Shown: positions 36,317 through 50,298 of the stretch, piece after piece
How positions within the stretch are numbered: the first letter of the stretch is position 1
How the letters are laid out: the number at the start of each line of letters is the position of its first letter
Origin: Parasitella parasitica NRRL 2501
Lineage: Eukaryota; Fungi; Mucoromycota
DNA length: 64,000 nt
Reading direction: 5' to 3'
Assembly: GCA_025201805.1 (NCBI GenBank)
Contig: MU619272.1
Span: forward strand, 62,001 to 126,000
The notes under the pieces: model-generated
Databases searched by the model: none
Told to the model about the DNA's origin: nothing
Seen by the model: only the letters and a program-made list of their open reading frames with translations
Position numbers and translations under genes: made by a program

Positions 36317-38316
36317 TTAAAACTTGAACTCCTTCTTTTTTCCCTCTTTTCGAGCATCTTGTGTTTTAACTTTTTTAGCTTGTCTACTAGCATGTTCAGC
36401 ATACATATCTGACAAATCCTCGTCATTCCCACTATTAGGTAATTTAGCTTTCATTTGAGCTTCATATTTAGCACGCAAGGTAGCTTCATCTAAGCCGCCC
36501 TCTAATTCACTTGGATCAATAGCGACGTCCACATTATCTGCTTTACGTTTTCCTGTCTGAATTCTGCCTGTTGGTGGTGGTGCAATTGGTTTATCCACTG
36601 ACGATAGATCGTAGCCATGCTGAGACCCCATGAAACCAGTAATGTTCTTCGATACTTCAGGTAATACTTGATAAAGCTGCTTGGGACCTTCATCTTCCTC
36701 TCTCTTACGATCTTTACGAAGCTCAATGTGATCTGGTGTTTCCAACCCAGAGGCAATAGAGGCCATGCCTGAAGGCGTAACGAGTCCATCGGCAAGATCT
36801 TCAGAGGTAGACGCCTCTTGTTGTTCCTCTTGCTCCTCCTCTTGCTCATCTTCCTCTTCGCTCTCTTCCTCCTCTTCCTCATATTCTTCTTCTGATTCAA
36901 GTTCGCCCCAAAGCTGTTTGTCAACAGGTTCTACAATTTCTGGTGGAGCAGCTGTGGGTTGAGACACGCCAAATACATCGCCATAAAGAGGACGATTATA
37001 TTCATCTACGGGAGGCCGACCCCATCCACCAGGATGATAACCCCATTGAGCACCCTCAGGTATGGGTGCATTCAAGCCGGCAATTTTCAAGTTAGGGTAA
37101 CTGGGAGGTGGACCATAACGTTGCATGTTGATAAGCCAAGGAGCAGGAGCCAACGGAGGCATATTTAATGCTTCTTTCAATTCTTCTGACAGCTGTCCAG
37201 GTTTTTGTTCCTTGAGTTTGGTTTCGAATTCTTTTCCTTCGTAATATAGTTCGCCATGTAATGTGTATTTGCCGCGAGTTTGGAATCTGAAAAAAGCATC
37301 ATGCAACTTTTGATAATCGATATCCAATTTTCCCATTTTGGGTGCAACCTTCTCCTTCATCTTACTTTTTAAGCCTGCCGCACTTTCTTTCTCTTTCACT
37401 GCATCACGCATTTCCATGATACCTGTGTCCTTGATGAAATCTGGAAAGGAAAAGTTATTACAAAAGTAGGCGATAATTAACATTGTGTATTTACCAGGCA
37501 ATTCCCATGGTGGTTTTTCAATACCACGCTTTCCTTGAAGATATTTACGCTTCATGCTCCAATGAGCAGGCACAGGCACAGTATTACGATATGATTTCAA
37601 GGCAACCAGTAGCTTAGGATCACTGGCTGTGACATCCCACCACTGAAAATCATATATAGTCAGTGAAATGCTTGATACTATTCGAAAATTTACACTACCT
37701 CCACAGTCTCTGGTTTTTTCACAAGCTGTTTCAGTTCTGCCACAGTCAAACGCTGAACCTTTTTCAACTTTTTCTTTGAAAGAGGCTGGTCGTCCTTTTC
37801 CTTTTCCTCTTCATCTGAATCGCCTTCGTTTACGTTTTGTTCTGCAGTGTTGTCTTGAACAGGGAATTCCTGGTTAAGAATATACTTGAGTATATAATAG
37901 ACCAAATCCACCAAATAAGCAGAAACTTACCTCGTCATTCTCTTCAGGCTTTCCATTCTGAAAGTGCTTAAAGATGTCCGAGAATTGCTGAAGTGTGTTT
38001 TCGTCAAGATTTGACATGCCATCCATGTTTTTCAATGCAGACATATCAACGGGCTGAACAACGTATTCGATCTGAACATCGTCGAGAGCATCTTCGTCCT
38101 GTTTCTGCTGCTCCAATTCCTATTTTCTTACAGGTCAGAAAACGCAGAAAAACACGTTTAGAGAATACTTACAGCTTTACGTTGCGCTTCTTCCTCTTGA
38201 CGCTGTTTCTTGCTCTTCTTTTTGTTTCTCTTTCTCATCTTCTGCTGCATCTTCTTATTAACTGCCTTGTCATCCTTTGTAAGAGTGTCATTTATTACAG
38301 GAGCAACTGCAGACAT
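36317..38316 (-). CDS. SF3B2: Splicing factor 3B subunit 2 (Cus1/SAP145)
   Basis: LTVAELKQLVKKPE.VE/WWDVTASDP, RNTVPVPAHW..KRKYLQGKRGIEKPP, DIDYQKLHDAFF, PSP domain (PWLINMQRYGPPPSYPNLKIAGLNAPIP), KEFKF C-terminus. 4 introns. Confidence 0.95.
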
Positions 38317-38510
38317 TGTTGAAGAGTTGAATAAAGAGACGCTCAAAGGTGACCTGGCTTGTCCAAGCCTTTTACAATGAAAAACATTATTGAAATGACG
38401 CAAATACCATGTCACGATACCCTGCCAGAAAGAGGAGTCTTCCCTAATTGAAAGAAGAGAAGGGGGTGATATTCTTAATCTCTTTTATTTCAGCTTGCTT
38501 ACATTTTGCC

Positions 38511-39966
38511 ATGACACAACCTCCAGAGCCAGGTCAAAGCAGCAGGCTACCTTCTTTTCCGCTTGCATTTTTCTCTATTGCAATGGATGGAGGAGGAAAA
38601 TACCCGCCATTCTTTGATGTATGTCGTTTTTGATTGTTTGATTGTGTTGTATAATCTCATGTCGTTTTTGTTTCTACACCATAGGCTTGTATTGCTGGCG
38701 GTATAGGAGGATCAACGGCTGATTTCATCATGCATAGGTATGAGTTGGATATGTTGAATGGTTGGGAAACCCTCTAATAAACAAAACAGCGTGGACACAG
38801 TGAAAACTCGGCTTCAAGGGCAGCCTCACAGTCGTGTGCAAAAGTATACAAGTATGGTACAAGCATACAAATTGATATTCAAACAAGAGGGGGCAATGAG
38901 AGGATTATACGCTGGCGTGACACCTGCCATGATTGGATCAAGTAAGTGCCAACAAATGTCAAAAGGGATCTACATGAAACTTACTCCCAGAACCACACGC
39001 AAAANNNNNNNNNNNNNNNNNNNNNNNNNNNNNNAAAAAAAAAAAAAAATTAAGTCCCTGGAACAACGCTATATTTCGCCATTTATGAATTAACAAAAAG
39101 AACATTGAATGAAGCAAATGTGCCCGAAGTTGTGTCTCATTTGACAGCAGGATCGTTAGGCGATTTAGCAGCATCTTTCATATACGTCCCTTCAGAGGTT
39201 TTGAAAACTCGGTTGCAACTGCAGGGGAGATACAACAATCCACATTTTGTAAGCGGATACAACTATAAAAACACATGGCATGCTACAAAAATGGTCAGTT
39301 GGAGAAAAAGAAGTAAAAAATTTGAACTGCATAGAGAACTCACGTCTTTTTGCTTTGCATAGATTGTTAAATACGATGGGTTTGGTGCATTATTTCATGG
39401 ATTCAGAGCGACCATTTTAAGAGATGTGCCCTATTCAGCAATACAGTTTGCATGTTATGGTAATTGCTGCAATCACACACTGAATTGGAAGAAAGTTACT
39501 AACAAATTGTGTAGAACAATTCAAGAAATTTGCTCAAAACAAGTGTATAAAACCTGGAGAACATTTGCCAATTGGAATCGACATGCTAACGGGTTCACTC
39601 GCAGGCGGCATTGCTGGCGCAATTACAACACCATTAGATGTAATGAAGACATTATTGCAAACACAACAAAGCAGTACAGCTACCAAAAAGAAAGCTTCGC
39701 CTGCCACGCTGCCAACTACAGCAAACACATCCAAGCTCATTGAACCACCTGTCAAACATTACAGTGGCATTATGGATGGCATGATTTGGAACTATAAAAA
39801 CCAAGGTTTAGCTGGTTTGTTCAGAGGAATTGGTCCCAGAGTTTTTTGGACTAGCCTACAAAGCGCAATCATGTTTGTTGTCTACGAGCAAGTTTTACAT
39901 GTACAATCAAAGCTAAGAGAAAAAGATGAATGGCCTCCATCAAAAATCGTCGAAAAATTCGTGTAA
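38511..39966 (+). CDS. MME1: Mitochondrial carrier, Mme1/YMR166C-like
   Basis: Carrier motifs DTVKTRLQ, PSEVLKTRLQLQGRYNNPHF.SGYNY, TPLDVMKT. The N gap at about 39004-39034 lies in an intron. Confidence 0.85.
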
Positions 39967-40333
39967 TATATAACCCCAATCTCACAGTTCATCTCTGAAT
40001 ACCTTTTTTTTTTCTGCCACAAATGACAACAAATTGTATTATAACGTTTCGAGCAGGAATAAAAAAAAACCAAATAGACCTGTATACATTTAATATAAAC
40101 CCTTCTCCTCTCTTTTTTTAAATAAACTCAATAAACTACTAGTCAAATATCCTTACACTGAGTGACACTTGCAATAGGCAGCAAGTTGCCTCGCCTCTTT
40201 CCAAGACATTTTGCTATTCTAATGGCAATTATTGTCTTGGATGTCTTGCCTCTTCAATCACATTGTATCGAGATATATGCCTGGTGAGTTGTTACGCAGA
40301 TTTATTGGAAAGAAATCAGCAAAGATGCACACA

Positions 40334-43300
40334 TTACAAGTCTGGTAATGCAGTCAATAAACTCTTTACAATACGTCTACCAGCATGAAGATTTAGTAGA
40401 CGAATACGTTCATTATGCAAATGAGCTTGATCTGACGACTGGCCGAATGGAATATGAATAGCAGGCGCATTACAAAACTTCTCCAGCCAACGCACAGCAG
40501 GGATCGAGCCACCCTCTCTTATGTAAAGAGGCTTCATATTCCATTCATTATAAATAGCATTCTCGACAGCTTTAAAGTACTTTCCATTTAGATCACCAAG
40601 CCAATATTCTGCTGCGCTTTGGATGTTTACAGAAATAGAGTTGTCGGATTCAGTGCTTTCGTAAAACACCCTTTTCACGTATTCTTCGAATTGGGCACAA
40701 ATATCTGTAATAGTTTGATCCGGGACTACGCGCATACTGACGGCAGCTTGCGCGCTACGGGGAATGATAGTAGGATTATTGATGGAAACGTCTATTTTGT
40801 GCACCGTGAGAGTAGGATATCTCCAACGAGACATCAGCTGTTGCTTCATCTTGTCAGCGTCTAAAACTTCGTTATTCGCTGCTGCAATTTTACACTGTGT
40901 TTCGCAGCCAGTTTGTTCTTCTGCTTGTCTTCCTCCCTCACTAAGGTTTGGAGATGTAACGGTAGAATGATGAGCGCGCGTACTTGATTGTGCAGTCTTG
41001 GAAGTGCGCATCCATTCCACAATAGGATCATACAACTTTTCCTCGGCCTCTGTTACAGGTCGAACTTGATTGTAAAATCCCGGAATCAGCACCTTTTTGT
41101 CACTATCTACAAGTCTTCCCAGTACGTGGATCAAGTCAATTAATGGTTCAGATACAGCGCCTCCCTCTACACCAGAATGAAGGTCGGCACGCTTATTGCA
41201 GATAGAGATAGTGGCATGAATTACACCTCGCAGACCATAGGTGATGCAAGGTACGTCTTCTCCTAGCCAGTAAGAATTGCTAAGCAGCACCATGTCAACG
41301 TCTTTGAATAGTTCCTTGTTTTTGTCTACAGCCTCATAAAAGCCAACGCTGCCACTCTCTTCCTCGCCCTCAATCAGAAATATGACATTGACATCCAAAA
41401 GCCCTTCCTTTAGTAGCTCATTCACAGCAAAAATGGTTGCTAAAATAGGTCCCTTTGATATCAAAATTACGATTAGGCTCAACCATGTACCCTCGTTCTT
41501 GCATATTACCTTATTGTCGCTTGTTCCACGGCCATAAAGGTATCCATTCTTTCCTGTTAGGCTGAAAGGATCGCTTCCCCATAGATTCTTTTCATTGTCT
41601 GCAGCAATTACATCGTAATGACCGTAGATTAAAACTGTCGGAACACGCTTTTCTGATGACCTCTTTCCTGTAAACTTGCCATACACCAAGGGATTGCGAC
41701 CAATGGCACCAGGAATCTAACAAAGTTTTAGATTGTGTGCAACACTTGTACATTGACGAAAATGCCATAGTCTCACCATCCGGCTCACAGCTCCCAATTG
41801 CTGGAGAATATTCTTTAAAAATCGAGCACCTCTTCTGCATTCCTCCATGTACTCTGGATTTCCACTCACTGTACGCATTGCAATCCATTTTTCGAGCACA
41901 TACAGCATCGTATTACTTGAAGGAACGTCTTGAATGCTTCCGCTAGGTCTTCTAAAAGATTCAAAGCAGCTATGCAAGGCGGATGGCATATCCCAAAATT
42001 TGATTGTATGGTCATTGCTCCCTGAGATCAGACAGCTCTCAGTGCTGGTTAATGAAAGCACAATGCCTTGATGATCGCTCAAGCTTTCTTTGAACTGAAA
42101 ACCCTCAGTCCAGATTTTGATAGAGCCGTCAGCAGACGCGCTTACAAATCCTGAACCTCTGATTGAAATCGCCAATACATCCTTGGTATGTGCCATGACA
42201 GAGCGAATCATTTGGTGCGTCTCTAAATCCCAGATTTGAACATCTCCACCCTGAACGCCGCAGAACAGGTATCCGTCTTCAGAAAGAGCTAGGCACAGAA
42301 TGCCCTTGTCCAGGTTGCCTTTCAATGTGTGCAGTAACTTGATACCTGATTTGTCAATCGTCCAAATCTTGACATTGCCGTCTCCAGACCCACTGATGAG
42401 GACTTCACCCTCGACGTTAGGAATGTCTTTGGCATGCAATAGGCAGTAGATATAACCATCATGAGCATTTCCGTAAACGTTCCTCTCTCGAATGACACAT
42501 TTAATGACATTCTTGTCCAGCTCTTGTTGTAGTCGTTCATATTCGTCGTCAGCCTCCTCGCCATCTTCAAAGAAATTGATGCCGTTTCCCATCTTTCGAG
42601 GCGAATCAGGGATTGCGGGAATATCCAAGGTCGATCCATGGGTTTGAGGATCAGCAAAGTTGTACCACTGTCAACGAGAAAGCCAGCCGTCAGTGCACAT
42701 GTGCCAAACAAATATAGCTCTTGTACAAAACTTACTTGGATGCTCGTATTTTGGCTACCAAAATAAATCGTATTGTGTGTGTCCGAATAGCATATCGAAA
42801 ATATATCACCGACATCATGGCAAGATTGGATGAGGTAAGCGCATTTCAATGTTTCGGTATTCCACACCTATTTATGCAAGTTGAGACGAGGGTGGTTAAT
42901 TCGTATCCCCGTTTTCGATACTTACTCGGACAGTGCCATCGCCAGAGCTGCTGAACAAATACTGCTCGTCTTCCGATAGCGTCAGACCAAGCACGCTTCC
43001 TCTATGGCCTTTTAAAATGGTAACCAAGGTAAAATTTTGGAGATCCCACACCTGGGCATTTTGAGTCATCCAAAATGCTATCACATACTAATTGTTTCGT
43101 TTTCTTTTCGCTTACATGAATTTGAGAGCTCTGACTACCGCTGAACAGGTATTTATGACTAGCTGCTAATGACAATACTGAATTTCTATCCTCTTGGGAA
43201 ATTGTATGAATGCACCTTGTAGGATATAAAGGCTTGCTGTTGGATAATTGAGAAAGACTTCCTACATGTGATACATTAATAGCAGATCATACGTTGGTTC

Positions 43301-43358
43301 TGTTGCCATACAAACCTAACGGGATTGGGCTTTCTGTCCTCAAGAATGGTGAATCCAT
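40334..43358 (-). CDS. DUG2: WD40 + M20 peptidase fusion, glutathione-degradation component Dug2
   Basis: N-terminal WD repeats (GHRGSVLGL, DVGDIFS, YFGSQNTSIQW) fused to M20 motifs YGHYDVI, YGRGTSDNKGP, EGEEESGS, DLHSGVEGG, IREGGSIP, DQAHLHNER. Confidence 0.92.
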
Positions 43359-43614
43359 TGTTATGTGTATGTAGCAGAAGAAGCAGAAGAAGAAGAAAAA
43401 AAACAAAAAACAAAAAAAAAGCCTTGTATGAAAGAAGAGGAAAAAGATTGAGGTGAGCTCAAGATGTCAACAAGGTCAACTATGAGCGGAGATGTGCATC
43501 AAATGAGTACATCGATAGCCAATTATACTTTGATAAAGGCAAGGTACCCCCCCTTCCTCCCAAGAGTCACAGTTGGTTGTCCTTTTCTTTATGTTTATTA
43601 ATCGATATCGAGCC

Positions 43615-45445
43615 ATGTCAACGCCAAGATCATTAGCAGCTCTACTTAATCGGCGCTGTGTTTCCCTTGACAGACATTTGTTACAGCGAAATTTTACTCA
43701 ATCTGGTATGACTGAGACAAAAAGAACATTTGTCCATCCATAATGTCCTAACCTCTGCTCGTAGCAACTCGATGCGAAAGAAGTCTCAAGTACCCTCGTT
43801 TCGACATACAACCAGAAAAGCACGGAAAATGGATTACAGCTAAAGACTTACAAAAGTACCAGCCATTGGAGAAAGGCAAAAAGGCCGAAGACGATCTCGT
43901 TACCCTGACAGGCCGAATTATATCGAAAAGAGAGTCCAGCGCAAAGTTAATATTTTACGACATTGTGCAGAATGGCGAGTCGGTACAAGTGGTAGCCTCT
44001 CGAGGACGATTCAATAGATCCCCGGAAGAGTTTGCGGATAAGAATAGAGACCTTTGCCGAGGCGATATCGTATGTAAGTAATCTGCAGATCAGACAAGTG
44101 TGAAATGTCTCTCCCCATTAACTAGACCAGCATTTACGGGTATTCCCGGCAAAACAAACCATGGGCAATTGAGCGTATTCGTAACCAAGGATATGAAGGT
44201 GCTGACACCATGTTTGAAAGACATCCCCCGAACAGGCCTCAAAGACCCAGAGAAAAGATTTCGTGCCAGGCACTTGGATTTATTAGTCAACCCGGAATCG
44301 TCGAAAATTTTGCGGACCAGATCAAAAATAATCAAATTTATTCGAGATTTCCTTGACAAGCGAGACTTTTTAGAAGTAGAGACTCCAGTTCTGTCAGGAA
44401 AGGCTGGTGGAGCGAACGCACGGCCCTTTGAGACCCACGCTCACGCATTAGACATGGATATGCAGCTTCGAATTGCACCCGAATTATACCTGAAACAATT
44501 AGTCATTGGAGGAATGGATCGAGTTTTTGAAATCGGAAAGCAGTTTCGCAACGAAGGGGTTGACGCAGACCACAATCCAGAGTTTACCACGTGCGAATTC
44601 TATCAAGCATTTGGGAATCTGGAGAGTTTGATGAAGGATACAGAGGCATTGCTGTCGGAGATGGCATCTGCTGTCTGCGGATCAGATCAGATCATTACTA
44701 AATCAGGGGAAAAAATCAGCTTCAGTGGTCCCTTTAAAAAAATCAACGTAATGGATAGATTAGGCAGTGAATTGGGCACGTCATTGCAGTTTTTAGAGTC
44801 TGAAGGTATTGTTTGGCTTCGAAAAGATGGAAGTGAGGATTGATCCAGTTCTTTATAGATGCGTTATCCCAATTGACCTCGCTTTGCCAACAGAGAGGAA
44901 TCATGTTAACTGGTCCATTGACGATAGGACGTGTCTTAGATAAGCTTATTTCCGAACTTATTGAACCAGAATGTGTACAGCCTACATTTTTATTCAATCA
45001 TCCACTTGCACTGAGTCCATTAGCCAAGGATGCCATTGATGACAAGGTTGGTTTTATCCTTTCGTACATTGCTATTTTGCCACTTTGCTACTTTGCTACT
45101 TTGCTAAAACTTGCAATTTAGGGCCAGACAGTGGCAGCAAGGTTCGAACTATTCGTCTGTGGAAAAGAAATTGTGAATGCATATGAAGAGTTAAACGATC
45201 CTAAAGAACAACGCAAACGTTTTAGACTGCAACTCCAAGATAGACAACATGGAGATTTAGAGGCGCCTTTGCCCGATACAGACTTTTGTGATGCTTTAGA
45301 GTATGCATTACCTCCAACAGCTGGCTGGGGAATGGGAATTGATAGAGTCGTGCAATTGATGACAGGCGCTACACACATTCGTGAGGTATTAGCGTTTCCA
45401 GTAATGCGCCCAAATAGTCTTGCCAACGACCGAAATCAAAATTAA
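43615..45445 (+). CDS. MSK1: Lysyl-tRNA synthetase class II, probably mitochondrial
   Basis: Arg/Ser/Leu-rich presequence-like N-terminus; OB fold; [63 protein letters not shown]. Confidence 0.92.
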
Positions 45446-45769
45446 ATATAATAAATACTTTTTTTTTTTTTTTTTATTTCTCATACAGTGGCCAGAGACA
45501 GCCCATGTTTTATACTTCCTCCCCTCACGCGTAATGGATAACTCCCGCATCGAATTTGTTATAGGCACGACTTGGACAACCGTAGGGGATAAAGGCATTA
45601 ACCAACCCGGCGATGAAATAAAGTAGGCAAATATTGTCCATTCCTAAATGATGTCCTTCTTTCCAAGAATGACGCTCGTTCGGGGGGGGGGCATAATGCG
45701 ACAAAAAGGAGAATTTTCATCAAATTGCTCAAGAACAAGAAATTCTAGTACAAAAAAGAGCAAAGGCAG

Positions 45770-46240
45770 ACAGACCTTGTTTTGTCTTTCGCAAACAGGA
45801 AGGGCGGATTGAATCTACAAGCGCCCAATCACTGTTGCGATGAATGTAACTGAATGTATCACAAGTGACAGAATCAGTCCCTGGTGGAAGGATTGAAGAG
45901 CACGAGTTTCGATAGCAGTTCTATCCTTGGTCCGAGAACGTTCTTTGCTCGGTAGATTCTTTTGAATCAAGTAGCAAGTGCCCTACTTGCAAAATGTTTT
46001 TTTTTGAAGTCGCGACGGCATGCAAATACAGAGCCTCAAAAAGCAACAAGGATTATTGACACCATGTTGCCTGGAAGATGGAACGCAGCAACCAGACGGG
46101 CCAATGCAGCTAGCCTACCTTGATTTCTTTTCGTTATCTTTTGCTAGCTTAGCTTGGCCCGTTTATGAACGCTTTCCGCTGTAAGAGTCGGTTTCCTGAG
46201 AGGGTGATTCGAGACCAGTTCCGTTGTCTATCCTTGAGAT
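45770..46240. ncRNA. Candidate structured non-coding RNA (family unassigned)
   Basis: No ORF of 60 aa or more; at least 7 stem-loops in about 470 nt, including a long one at 46094-46164; TATAAATA on the minus strand at 46345-46352. Confidence 0.35.
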
Positions 46241-46721
46241 GTCATTAATAGCAGACACCTAAAGGGTATTTTGGGTTAAAACAATTCATAGATCAACGGA
46301 TCTAACGTAATAGCCGTACTTACAAATATGCAAAAAAGTGCCCCTATTTATATTTCCTATGAGTTTATTCAAATAAAACTCAAATAAACATAATCGAAGC
46401 GTACAATACTATATCAAGAAAAGTAGAACAAAATCAAGAATTGGAGAATTATTCCCAAATGTTAGGATGATTATTTAATTCAAGTCAACTTGGCACTTTA
46501 CGTAGAAATCTTCTGTTCCTGTGTCTTGAAGATTGGATTACGGAAATACTGTCTGAAAATCAAGACGGAAGTAATAAAGGATAAGAGGAAAGAGGGTTCC
46601 CTTGATGAAGGAGAGTTTTTTCGTGATTAATAGTGACTGTGCGGTTTGACAAGATGCACTTCAAGTCGTGGGGACGGGGGGGGGGAGAGGGAAGGGGAGA
46701 TCGTCAAGCTAGCAACTCATA

Positions 46722-47175
46722 TCACAATTTGCGATATTTTACGTAATATTGATCAAGCATGCTGATGATGGACAAAGACAAAACTTTGATCACATGGCGT
46801 CGATTTTTCTCATCCAATCGAAGATGCTTGGGTATTTCGACTTGAATTACGTCGAGCCCGTTCCAATAATTGTGATAACGCTGTGTTGTGAAACCTCCTA
46901 TAAAGTAATTTGCGTCCAAAGGGATTGGCAGGTGAGATGATGGTGAAGCAGCAATGCGATTTTTACTCGACGAAGCAACAATTGAATCACCGAAATAGTA
47001 AAGGGGCGGTTGAGATGTTGTGGTTTTGCAATGTCGTTTTGCAAACGGTTGAATGGAGCTTTTTTCCAAGACTGCTTGGTGTAATTGGGCGCTGCTTGAT
47101 TGGAGTTCGTCGCGGGAGAGTAGATAACCCAATTCAATTACACCATTAGAGTGCGTGTGTCCTATTCATATAGCC

Positions 47176-47206
<31 letters not shown>

Positions 47207-47659
47207 CAAGATCAATGGCCTTCTTGTTCAAATCAATGTATTACCATGGATATCCACAAGCAAACCACATCTATTTGAGTTTAATACGCTCTCTACTGAG
47301 CATTGGATGCGATGGTGGTATTCCCTCCAAACCTTTTCGCTTGCTTCTGTTTCTGTGCCATCTTGTAATGATCTATTTACATCGGCCTTTCGGCGAGAAA
47401 TGTCATTTGAAATGACATGAGGAGCACTTTTATAATGATCGCTGATGATTTCACCTATTCCTAATGCAATTTCCTTGGTGTGCATGTCAGCTAAAAGTAA
47501 ACTGCCATCTCGGGTTCTATCAGGTATCGCCGCTGGTTTGGATAGCCCTCCATGAGGAGCAGTGATGATAAGAGGAAGATTCCCTGATTTTGAGTACACT
47601 CCGTGTCTTGTATACGCCTTTTCCTGGAATCTTTTGATGTCTTTATTTGCGTCTAGCAT
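46722..47659 (-). CDS. N-formylglutamate amidohydrolase-like (Zn-exopeptidase fold) protein
   Basis: PLIITAPHGG, D..T..IA, ISRRKADVNR, YH..I, LLVDIHG/H (intron 47162-47244), IELGYLL, YFIGGFTTQRY, IQVEIP..LR. Confidence 0.8.
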
Positions 47660-48192
47660 TGTAAAAAGAGAGAAGACAAAAGGTAGCGCCAATTGATAAT
47701 TGGTTATGTTATATGAGAATGGTACGACAAGTATGATCGGTATAATAATAGTAAAAGCGTCCATCATGATGATTTTTGGCATGTGGCATGAAAAAGTAGG
47801 ATTTGCAATTAGCTAATATATGCGAAACATGGCCAGTAACATGTCTTTACATTTAACGGTGCAAGGCAATCCAAGCATGCACAACTAGTCCTAATTTTTA
47901 AATAATCGTTGAATTGAGCTTTACGTAGCAAAACAGAATCTGGATAATCAGATCTGGGAAAAGTGGCGGATAGAGGTTTTAGCACCTAATAGCTTCCAAA
48001 AAGTGGTACTAATTTTTTTAGCTTGCAATGATACAACAACCCTTGGAATGGCAAAATTTGGCAGCACAGGAGCTCCGATGTAGAACAGCTTTATGTCATG
48101 GCTTCAATTGGCATTTTAAGCATGTATAAATACACTGTTCGAGTATTCAAACCGCTGTTAAAATTCTTTGTTCCTTTTCTTCTTTTTGGAAA

Positions 48193-49269
48193 ATGTCTTC
48201 TGTTACAAAAATCACTCAATTCCCTTCCACTGGTGAGCGCGGCGTCTTCAAGCAAGTTACTATTGATAAGCCTGCTCTCAAGCCTCACGATTTTATAATG
48301 AAAATGGTGGCATGCGGTGTTTGTCACACAGATTGTTTATTCATGGGTTCAGATGGTATGGTTCTCGGTCATGAGCCAGTCGGTAAGGTAGTTTCTGTTG
48401 GCGAGAAGGTAGACAACATGAAAGTAGGCGATTTGGTTGGCGTTTCTTATTTAAAATGGTCTTGTATGGAATGTCGTTACTGTTTATCTGGCGAAGATTG
48501 CATGTGCGAAAAACGAGTTATGTTTCCTGAGGGAAATATGAATGGTTTTGCTAGCCATATGATTGCTGACAGCCGGTAAGTTTGTTGGTTTATGCAGTAG
48601 GTTAAACTAGTTCATTGACGCAACAATATGCTAGGTGGGGCTTCAAAATCCCCGAGGGAATGGCCGCTCGAGATGCCTCTGTATTTATGTGTGCAGGCAT
48701 CACTGTATTCAACGCTTTGTACAACTCCAAGGTCTTGCCTACCGCTCGTGTCGCAGTTGTTGGTATAGGTGGATTGGGCCATTTAGCTCTTCAATTTTCC
48801 AAGGCATGGGGCTGCCATGTTACGGCGATCTCGCATAACTCTGACAAGAAGGATGAGGCATTAAAGTTTGGAGCCCACGACTTTTTGTGCTCCAAAGATT
48901 TCAACAAAGATTTTATTGCTGGCATTGAGCCGTACGATATGATAATCGATACTGTTTCTGCTAACATTGACTTTGATGAATACATGTCACTCCTCAAACG
49001 CAACGGCTATTTCCTTCTAATTGGTTTGCCTGATGCCCCAGTTACAGTCCAAAATACACTTCCTTTTTTGCAAAATCAACTCTCTCTAAGAACTTCTATT
49101 ATTGGTGGTCGTTATTCTGTTGGTTTGATGCTGGAGTTTGCCAAACGTCACGACATTAAACCTATGATTGAGGAATATTCGTTTGATCTTGAAGGACTCC
49201 ATAAGGCTATCGAGCGTTGCGATAAAAGCAAGGCTAGGTACAGAGCTGTTTTGGTTGCTAAGGACAATT

Positions 49270-49271
<2 letters not shown>
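48193..49271 (+). CDS. Zinc-dependent medium-chain alcohol dehydrogenase (CAD/AdhA-like)
   Basis: CGVCHTD, GHEPVG, CxxCxxC(7)C, MCAGITVFN, GIGGLGHLA. One intron at about 48576-48634. Confidence 0.93.
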
Positions 49272-49308
<37 letters not shown>

Positions 49309-50298
49309 CATTTTTTTTTTTTGTATACACAGACATAATAACATTTTTATTCATCTATAGTTTTCAATAAATTACAGCGTAATCATTTTTATCATGCAAT
49401 AGGGTAGCAGATACTGAAAGTTATTGGCTTTGTTGATATATATTTACCATCATAGACGTTATGGTTTATCATAATTACATGTCTACCTACTTTTTCTCTC
49501 TGTAATAAAGGGCAAGATTCATTGAAATTCATTGACCCTCCAGCCAAAAAAATATATATTTTGTTTCAAGAAAACAAATTGTTATTTCACGGATATAGCC
49601 CCAGCATGAATATTTGATGTTGTCTAATTCACCTCGAATATAGGAGGCAGTGGAAACAGTGAGGACAAAGAGCAATCTTGCGCATGGCTCAACTTTTTGA
49701 ATCAAGTGCTAAGGGTCGGTTTCTCAGATGCTACTAGATTGTCTTTATCAGAATACAATTGGCGCTATCATAGAGCAAGTATTTGATAAATCCCTGATAT
49801 AAGCAAGCAGGTTCTCAAAAGAGTTCTGCTGTTTGCTGAATGCACAGCTATATCAGACGGCCGCAACTTTGAACTTGTCTCTTTGCAACCTCAGCAACGA
49901 AATGCGTGCATTTATCGGTGAGTGGTCCTGTCATAATCTGATTTATACTAAACAGGCCCAATAGAGAAATGCAAAAGATTTTATGGTTAATATCAGCTTA
50001 CATTCAACAACACATGATAGGAAATTCTTGTATATTCGTTACAAAATAGAGAATCTGTCAAGAAAGAAAGATCACAGTGTTTGTTTTACATTTATTTGTG
50101 GTAATATTCAAAGATCTAAGTGGCAAACTGCAGTATATAATAATAGTTTTTACGGACAACAATATGCAGCTTATTTCATTCACTTAAAGGCCATTATACG
50201 AAGTGTTGCAAGCTACAAGACCAAGATTAAATATGGAATCCAATCGATTTCAGCTACACAAAAGGTTTGTTTTATTACGTTACAAAGGACGTATCTAG

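Noticed and set aside
37442-37495. Stop-free in-frame introns (also 63239-63298 and 25167-25217) as regulated intron retention
   Set aside because: Expected by chance for 50-60-nt introns; no supporting evidence.
39004-39034. N gap disrupting the carrier gene (likewise about 50683-50757 in EMC10)
   Set aside because: Both gaps fall in introns next to homopolymers; they are assembly artefacts.
45770-46320. Assignment as telomerase RNA, RNase P/MRP or snR30
   Set aside because: No convincing template, P4 consensus or m1/m2 motifs; left as an unassigned candidate.
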